64,000 bases of DNA from Salpingoeca rosetta (Eukaryota; Protista; Choanoflagellata): NCBI GenBank assembly GCA_033442325.1, contig JAWQFM010000017.1, forward strand, positions 981,125-1,045,124, given 5' to 3'. Made by a program: the position numbers and the translations under genes. The notes beneath the pieces were generated by a model. It was not told the origin of the DNA and ran no database searches. It saw nothing but the letters and a program-made list of their open reading frames with translations. This document shows positions 55,377-64,000 of this stretch, piece after piece (within the stretch, counting starts at the first letter, position 1; each line of letters begins with the position of its first letter).

Positions 55377-56149
55377 GAGGAAAATGAAGTCTGGGTGGTC
55401 GGGGGAACAGGTCCAAGCTCAACGATGTCGTGGGGGGAGATGAAGGGCCAACTGAGGGAAAGCAAGCTGCAGCAACCTAACAAGCAAGCAAGCGGGCAAG
55501 GCATGAAGCAACGAGGAATGGTGATGTTTCGTCCGCGTCGCCAAGCAAGAGCAAGTGAGTGTCTTCATCTTGGGTGGTTCGTTGCGTTCTTCTCCGTCCT
55601 CAGAAGGGAAAACAGTCGTTGCCCCGAACGCAAAATTTAGTGTCTCGTCATTTCCACACGGCATGACATGACCGTGCATGGCGTCATGGCACGAATGGCA
55701 CGACGCGTGTTGCTTTGCTTTGCCTGCAAGCATTCGGGTCGTCCAGTTTCGTTGGGCAGAAGCTTGCAGGCCCTGCTCGCTCACTGGTTGGAGTCATGCG
55801 TCAAAGCGTAGCGTCTTCATCTTGCTTATTGCTTGATTGACGTCTTTGCTGATCTTTCTGTTTGCGCAGTGCAATGGTTTGATGGCAAGGCAAACACATT
55901 ATATGGAAAGGAAAGCACAAACAATCTTTTTTTTTTCAAGTTCACATCATTTCCACCCACCCAGCAGTCAATGGTGCCAAACTTATGTATGGTTGCTTGT
56001 TTGCTTCTATGCAAAACGAAACAGCAGGCAACAGAAGAAAGATTACAAGGTGCGAATCAGAAATCAAACAGCAGGCAAAAGGGCTTCGCACGCCAAACGC
56101 AAACGCACGCAGAGATAACAGCAATTGCCAACACACACACAGACACACA

Positions 56150-56200
<51 letters not shown>

Positions 56201-56254
56201 TCTCTCTCTCTCTCTCAAATACAGCCCCACCCCACCCACCCCCAAACCGCACGA

Positions 56255-59200
56255 CTACGTTTTCTGCAAGGCCTTTGCGCGCTGCTGGTCAACGGCGAGG
56301 CTGATGTATGTGGAGATGACAGACTGAATCTCAATGCCCTGGCGCGTCTCGCAGCGCGTCACACGCTGCACCATCAGGTTGCCCAGCTTAAAGTCCAGGA
56401 AGTGCTTGCGCGTCTCCTTGGAGCCCAGCTTGCGCGTGGACACAATCTCGTTGAAGTTGTATGCCAGAATCGTCTCGTTCGTCTCCACGTCCAGGAAGCG
56501 GATGCCGCTCTTGTTGATGGCCAGGCGCGCCGCCCCCTTGATGCGCGGATCGCTCACCTTGTCCAGGTAGAAGAACCGCGAGCCAAACAGGTCAAAGCTC
56601 TCCTGCGCAAGCTCAACAAACGCGCGCTCGGCCTCGTGCGGCGAGACCTTCTCGTAGTCGCGGTGCGCCGACGTCAGCGCCGAGCTCCACTCCTCTTGCG
56701 TCAGCGCCTGCGCCACCTGCTGTGGTGCAAAGCGGTCGTACGTCGACAGCAGGCGGTCCAGCGAGCGGTCTGGGTCAACCGCAAAGTGCCGCAGCGCAAC
56801 CAGCTTCGGCAGCACAGAGTGCAGCGTCGCCGGCGACAGCTCAGACACTACAAGCAGGTGCCCGCGCACAAAGTCCTCCAGCACCTGCGCAAACACCATG
56901 TTGGTGTAGGTGACGTTGGTCAGCGGCATCGGGTGATACCACAGCCGCTTCTTCAGGTACAGTCGGAAGGGCAGGCTCTTCTCCTCAAAGATGGTGGTGA
57001 TGTCCAGGATGTAGTCGTCTTCGTTCAGCAGCACGCCGTCCCTGTTCGGGTTGGTCTGGATGTACAGCCCAAACTCCTCGTGGTGCGGGGTGCCCATCTT
57101 CTGGCACATTTCCTTCAGCACGTCCTTCACCACCGTCGACGCGTGCACCTTGATGCTCTTCGTGCGCTTGCCAGGCAGGTACAGCTTCTGGATCTTCTTG
57201 AACTTGCCCTGGATCAGCGCCATCACCTCCAACCGGTTGGGCAGCTTGCGCCGCCCCCCGCACCGCAGCGTCGCCTTGAGGTTCTGCAAGCAGATGGACG
57301 CCTCGTCACGGAACTCGCGCTGCGTGTTGTAGGCAATGGCCTGCAGGTAGCTGCGCAGGTACGGCTCAAACTCCGCCGAGGGCTTGGAGTAGCTTGTCAG
57401 CACAATGAGCAGCCGCCACCCGCGCGCACAGCTCTCCTGGCGCTCGCTCTTGTTGTTGGTCACCTGCTTCAGCAGCTGGCAGTAGATCTCATCACGCAGC
57501 TGCGGGTGCTGCTGCGCCACCTTGAGCAGAAACTCAATCACGTCCATCTCCGTCTTGCCCTTGGCCATGTAGTCGCCCATAAAGCGCATGATGTTGAGGA
57601 AGCTGTCCAGCGCAAGCTTGTTCAGGAAGCTCTCCGTGTCATCAAGCTTCAGCAGCGACGCCTGGATGGGCGACTTGGTGAACTTGACCAGCGACGCAAG
57701 CTCAGACCACGACCACGACAGCCCGCCGTCCTTGTCCTTCTGCTTCTTCTTCTTCTTCTTGTCGTCCACCCGCTTGACGGTCCCGCGCACAGACCCGGCC
57801 GCTGTGCGCTGCATCTCGTACAGGTCGTGGCCCATGCGGAAATGCTCCTTCGCAAACTGGAGCAGCGAGTACCGCTGCTCAGACAGCAGCTCGTCGTCAT
57901 CCAGCACCGCCCCGCGCGTGCGCACCGTGTTGCCCGGCGCGTGGCCCATCCCCGCCGAGGTGAGCGCCTTGCTCGAGCCAGCACGCTTGGACAAGCGCAG
58001 CCGCGTTGAGCTGAGGTTGGCGCGGCTGCCCTGCCGCAGCTGGAACGCGCGCTTCGCCGCCTCAATCGTCGTCTGCGTCGGCTCGCCCACAATCGGCGCA
58101 ACGTAGTTCTGCGGGAACGCGCCCGTGCGCCCGCCAAACGTGCCGTACAGCCAGCCGGGGTCCAGGCCCGTCCGTGGCGCCAGCGTGACAACGGCGTCGC
58201 GCGGGAAGCTCAGCAGTGTCGCATCGCGTGTCTGGTACGGCTTCATGGCCACAGCGTACTTGGCGTCCTTGCCAGAGTCGATGATGAACGCCTCCACAAG
58301 CTGCTTGATCGTGGCGCCGCTGCGGGTGGTGAACGTGTAGCGCACAGAGGACAGCGACGCAACCAGCTGTGTCGGCGTCACCCGCCAGTCGTCCACAGTC
58401 ACGTTGCCGTAGCTCACGTTCTCCTTGTTCTCCGTGTCCGTCACCCAGTGGCCCGTCTGCTGCACCATGCGTCTGTGCTCCTTCACCAGCGTCACGCCGT
58501 TGTGCCCGACAGCAAGCACGTACTTGTCGTCAGGCTCCTGCGCCTCAAGTTGCACCTCGTAGTTGCGTGCAAAGTACGCCGGCCATCCTTTGGCCAGGGC
58601 GACCACCTCCTGCTTATCCTCCTCCGCCGCGCTGATGGCGCTTGTGCCCGTGATGCCCTTCTTGCTCAGCATTTCGCGTGCGGCGTTCAGCGCTCCCTTG
58701 GGGATCCGCGCGTGCCCGCTCTCAATGTCGTGCACCACTTGGTAGAACACCAGGTTCTGCGACAGCGGGTGGTCTGCCAGCGCGTCGCCAGGCAGCAGCA
58801 CCTCCTTGCGCAGCATCAGCGTCCATGGCGCGCTTGCTGGGTCGTACAGCACCCCCGCGCTCGTGTCAAGTGCCAGCTGCACCACATCGCGCGTCTTGCT
58901 GCCAGAGGCGCCAGCGCCCCCGTTGTCACCGCTGCCGCGGCGTTGCTTTGCCGTACGCCGCATGTTCTTGGGCGACGCCGACGCGAGGGTTGATGTCGAC
59001 CCGGTACCTTGCAGGCGCGACCGTGGCGTCGTGGGCGAGGTGGTGGTGACAAGTGGTGCAGCAGCGGCGGCGGCACGTGTTGACCGCGGTGATGCGCTGC
59101 CTGTTGCCGAAGCTGCGTCAGACTCCGCTGGTGGTGGGGGCGGCGGTGGCGGTGGTGCTGGTGGCATGGGTGGGCCTGCAGGTGGTGGCGGTGCTGGCCT

Positions 59201-59449
59201 TCGCCCTGCTTTTTTCTGCTGCCGAGGCCCCGTCACGGGCGGCGACGGTGGCGGCGGCGGCGCTGAAATGTTTGCCAGGCTTGACTTGCGTCTCGCTGCA
59301 GATGCCGTGTGACATGAAGGAATATTGGGTTGGGTTGGATGGCGTGAGTCATGGACAGTGCGATGTTGATCATGGGGCGTGAATTACAAAGACGATCACA
59401 CGGTCAGACTGATTGCAACACGTTACTATCACGCAAACAGACAGATGGA

Positions 59450-59490
<41 letters not shown>

Positions 59491-61976
59491 GCACACACGC
59501 ACACACACCACAGAAACACACAAGCGCACACCTTTGTTCTTTGCAATCTGCTGCTTGAGCGCGTGCATGCCCGCATCGTTCGTTGTCGACGTTGTCGCCC
59601 CGCTTGCTGCTTGTGGTCCAGGTGGCGGCGGTGGCGGTGGTGGCGGTGGTGGTGGCGCAGCTGTGGTCGCGGATGTCGTGACTGGGCCTGCTGGGGGCGG
59701 TGGAGGCGGCGGTGGAGGTGCTGCTGTGTTTGGTGCAGTGGATGGCCCGCCAAATGCTGGTGGCGGGGGCGGGGGCGGGGGCGGTGGCGGTGGTGCGCTG
59801 CCAAGCGGCGCCGGTGGTGGTGGCGCGGCAAACCCTGGTGGCGGCGGCGGAGGTGGTGGTGGTGGTGGGAAACCTGCGCCCGAGCCCTGAATGCGCGATG
59901 CAAGGGACTTGCTGCGATCATCGCCGCGTTCACCTTCGTCCTCGTCCCGCAACAGCTGCTCGAACATGGAGTCGATTTGCTGCTCCATGCTCTGCCCGTT
60001 GATGAGCAGCAGCGACTTTGGCTTGCGCGTGCGGGGCGCGTTGACGAGGTTGGCCACGGCCGAGTCGTCACCGTTTGCACCGACACCGCCAAGATCCGTC
60101 GCCTTGGTCGACACGCCCGGTGCACGCGCTGCTGCTGCTGCCGACGCCGCCGCTGCGACCTTGCGGGCAACAGGAGGCATCTCCAGCCCGGCCACCCAGT
60201 CCAGCACGCACTCCTCGCTCTCAAAGTCCTTGTTCAGGCGCTCGTCACCGCTGCCGGTGCCAACCACCGTCCACCCGCTTGGGCGCGACATGCCCAGCGT
60301 GCGCGCAACCATGTTGCCAAGCTCGGAGGCGGTGGTGGCGGAGTCGACCATGACGCGCTGCGATGTGCCGTCGGGGAGTTTCACGTCAACGGTCATGCAC
60401 TTCTGCTGGGCAGCGGCCGTGAGTTCCAGCAGGGACGTGGCGTTGGTGCGCTGCTGTCGCCCCTGTGCGCGCAGCAGCTTGTGCTGGCACAGGGCGCGGT
60501 AGCCCTCAAACCCGTGCGCGGTGATGTAGCAGAGGAGGTAGGGGAAGAGGCGGTCGGAGGGCGCGAAGCAGCTGAGGCAAAGCGCCATGAGCAGCCACCC
60601 CCGCTCTGCATTGAGATCGTTTGGATTGAGCCACGTCTGGTTGCACAGCTGGCACAGCACCTCGTCCTGCAACGTGGGCATGGCAATGCACTTGAGGATG
60701 AGGTAGGTTGCAAAGACGACCTCCGTGGTGCCGTTGACGGCTGGGTCGCCCATGAACCGTTGGATGACATTGAACAGCTCTAGCGCCGTCTGCTCGTCCT
60801 CCTTCGACTTGAGCTTCAGCTTCGTCTGGTTCCAGGGTGAGTGAGTGAGTTGAGGTGAGGTGAGTTGAGGTGAGTGAGTGGGTGAGTTGAGATGAGGTGA
60901 GTTGAGGTGAGTGAGTGGGTGAGGGAGGGAGGGACGGCAGAACGTTGGTTGAAGACGAGAAACACACTGTGCGTAATAACCACTTGTGTGTTGTGCTGTG
61001 CTGTTTCGTTCGCGGTGTGTGCACAAACCAGCACATCACACCAGCACACACACACACACACATATGCACCCCATACACACACACACACACACACACACAC
61101 GCGCCCCATACACACACACCTGTGTAAGTGCGCCGCGGGTGAATGCCCAGATGGATCCCTGCTGGAAGAAACCGCTGACAAACTTGCTGAAGTCGTGGCC
61201 GGCGACGTCGCGGGGAATCTGCAGGTGTACACGCGTGTGTGTATGTGTATGTGTATGTGTGTGTGTACGTGTGTGTGCGTGCGTGCGTATGCGTGTGCAG
61301 TAAAGTAAGATGAGCAAAGCGATGGCGTGTGGCTGTACACAGGCTCTGGCCACCACAACGGACGACCACGCCCACCACGACAATCGCGTACACCACGACG
61401 ACGATCCACCCCACCTGCGGGACGCTGTATGTGTGCTTCTTCCACTCGCCCTCAAAATCCTCCAGAATGTCCTCGGCGGTGACGTTGACAACGCCGCGCG
61501 AGACAGACCACGACTTGAGCAGCTGCTGCAGATCAGCAGGCAGCGGCAGCGTGGACACGTCTGTTTCCCGGACAACGAGGGAGGGGGATAAGAGAGGGTC
61601 GTGCGCGCGTTGGCATTAACGGAGAGCGAGTGATGAGCAACAAAGGGAAGGGATGCACATTCACAGCCAGAGGTGAGGCGATACATCACTGTTGTGAGCG
61701 CTAGCATCGCAGCAACAGAAGAATAAGAAGAGGAAGAAGTAGTTGCGTCGCCATCACCAACCACCACCAATTCACCACCACCACCGCGTGTCGTGCTCAC
61801 CCCCAACGGAGCGTTCGCCAGCAGCGCGCAGTCGTTCGCGCTCAAGGGCACGTTCACGTCGCACCCGGTCACGCTCCAGCAGGTACTTGCGCCTGATGGT
61901 AGAGAGTGGGGGGGGATGGAGGCAATAGAGATGAGGGGAAGAGTGCATGCAGGCACGGTACACTGCATGACGTACG

Positions 61977-62007
<31 letters not shown>

Positions 62008-62429
62008 ACACACACACATGCTGAAGGAGTGACGGCACCTGATGGGGAGCATGCGTGTGAGGGACTGGAAGATGATGACTGCGTTGAGGCGGCGGTCAAA
62101 TTCGCGCCGCGCAGCCTGCATGCGCGCAAACGACTGAATGGTGACGATGGCCTGACGCACGCGGTTGTAGCGTTGCACGGCAATCCACCGCTTGACGTTC
62201 TTCTGGATGATGACCACAATGTGGTAGAGGGCGTGGCTGCGCATCTCCTCCAGCTCGCGCTCAACGCTCTCGCGGATAAACACCTGCAGGGGGAGGGAGA
62301 GTGTTGGGCGAAGCTTGTTGGTGAGCAGAGTGCGTTGAGGGCACTCATATTATGGGTGTACAGGTGCGACTTCTCAAACATGGCCATCACAGTCACACAC
62401 AGACTCATACAGACAAGAACACAGGAACG

Positions 62430-62483
<54 letters not shown>

Positions 62484-63448
62484 TCACACACACACATACA
62501 CAAACACACCCATACCCACACACGGCAGACCTTTGTGAGGCCGAGCTGCCAGGAGTCTGCGGGGCTGATGACGAGCTGGGAGAGGATGAGATTCGCCATG
62601 CCACGCGGGTCTGACGGTGGCGTCTTGCCCTTCAGCACGGGCCGGAACCTGATGGTTGTTGTAGACGTGGTCGTTGTTGTCGGTGGTGTTGTTGGTGAGG
62701 GTGTTGTTGGTGGTTTGAAGGGAAAGCACAAGGAGTGAAACGTGAGGAACGTGGAAGATCATACAAGGAGACACACACATGTGAGTACAGCGCTCGCCTG
62801 CGTCACGGTACCATTGCTTCCATTCACCACCACCACCACAGCGACGCCATCACGAGCGCGCGTGTGTTGCTGACCTGAAGTTGAAGGAGTCAAAGTCGAT
62901 GCGGACCGGGTATCCGATGCGCCGAATGCGAATTGTCTCCAGCATTCCCGAGTAGCGTAGCTGAGGATGAAGAGTGGTTGACATGGTTGGTGTGGGGATG
63001 AATAAGGCGGCGATGGAAGAGCGAGCACGGTGACATGACCCAACCCATGGTTGTGCAAAAAATCAAGCTCGCAGCAAAGCACATTCACACACACCGAGGT
63101 CGACAGACGACAGAGAGAAAGAGAAACAGAGTTCCACACAGACAGACAGACAGACAGACAGACACACAGACAGACAGACAGACATACACACCGCACCTGG
63201 TTGAGCACGAGCTGGTGCTGGAAGGAGTCTGGGAGTTTGTCTTCGTTGGGTTTGATGCAGCGAACAAAGTACGGGTAGCACTTGGACATTGTGGCAATCA
63301 GGTTGGACAGCGATGTTGTGAACACACTCGCAACCGTCGGCCGCTTGCGGCCAGTCGCGCCTGGTGATGAACACATTCGAAAATGAGGGGATGGGAAAGC
63401 GTGTGAGAGCGTGCATGTGTGTGTATGTGCGTGCGTGCATGCGCGCGC

Positions 63449-63480
<32 letters not shown>

Positions 63481-63846
63481 GTGTGTGTGTGTACGTGTGT
63501 ACCATGTGTTGGTGATCCGTCCAGCTGTTGACACGCGAGTCACACTAACACGCCAACCACATTACTCTCCCCTCCCCACTACCTCCACCACTCCCCGTGC
63601 TGACCTGATGCGCGCCTGACGCTGGCGGACGCGCCGTCGACGTTCAGCAGGTCGCTGATGAACGGAGCGCTGCTCGTACGCATCAGATCCTTCAGGTCCT
63701 CGCGCAGCGTGTCCCGGTTCTTCTCGAGGAACCCGTGCACCTGCCGACGGCCATGGTGCGGTGGTGCGCAGGTGGTCGGGTCGTGTGAGCCCGTGTGTTT
63801 GTACCTTTGCTTGCGTGCGTGTGCGTGCGTGTGTGTGCGTGTGTGT

Positions 63847-63905
<59 letters not shown>

Positions 63906-64000
63906 CGCGTGTGTGTGCGTGTGTGTGTGTGTGTGTGTACTGACCGTGTACCAGACGTTGCCAGCGTAGTGCTTGATGCCAAACTGCGGGCTGCGTGTCT
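56255..64000 (-). CDS. Unconventional MyTH4-FERM myosin, class XV-like (motor C-terminus, IQ, MyTH4, Pro-rich insert, SH3, MyTH4, FERM); 5' partial
   Basis: Motor motifs [40 protein letters not shown]; IQ motifs IQKNVKRW and IQSFARM; MyTH4 LQDEVLCQL...RGWLLM and LRDEIYCQL...RGWRLL; SH3 LSFPRDAVV...GWLYG...GAFPQNYV; WTLMLRKEV segment as in myosin XV. Confidence 0.88.

Noticed and set aside
55668-55678. ARE-like ATGACCGTGCA upstream of the YeeE gene
   Set aside because: Fits RTGACnnnGC but is too degenerate (several expected by chance in 64 kb) to support alone.
55985-58009. 674-aa plus-strand ORF (also 59413-60783)
   Set aside because: Antisense shadow of GC-rich myosin exons; no domain signature.

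Overview
Gene-dense, intron-rich eukaryotic DNA (GC-rich exons, GT-AG introns packed with (CA)n/(TG)n microsatellites, many poly-Q/T/N/D tracts). The style and gene content suggest a unicellular holozoan, most likely a Salpingoeca rosetta-like choanoflagellate; this is inference. I spliced 14 protein-coding genes by hand. In order: a partial unknown gene; an Rnl2-like ATP-dependent RNA ligase; a SAP-SAP-WGR PARP; an intronless mucin-stalk/SBBP beta-propeller membrane protein; a KLF-type zinc-finger TF; a divergent bZIP TF; a Cys-rich type I membrane protein; a giant Cdc25 phosphatase; a TERB2-like protein; TMEM107; a WD40-TRP channel; a PHD-ankyrin-HECT E3 ligase; a YeeE/YedE sulfur transporter; and the 3' part of a myosin-XV-like gene. 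TERB2-like and TMEM107 are recognisable only after splicing. Top leads: (1) an apparently full-length homolog of the meiotic telomere protein TERB2, generally considered animal-specific, head-to-head with Cdc25; (2) a perfect Maf-recognition palindrome upstream of the PARP/RNA-ligase pair plus a MARE/AP-1 cluster upstream of the bZIP gene; (3) polarised 5'-(UG)n...(CA)n-3' introns lacking polypyrimidine tracts; (4) a WD40-TRP channel sharing a 268-bp promoter with ciliary TMEM107; (5) a PHD-ANK-HECT architecture. No tRNA, rRNA, CRISPR array or transposon was recognised. Homology calls rest on recalled family motifs, not database searches.
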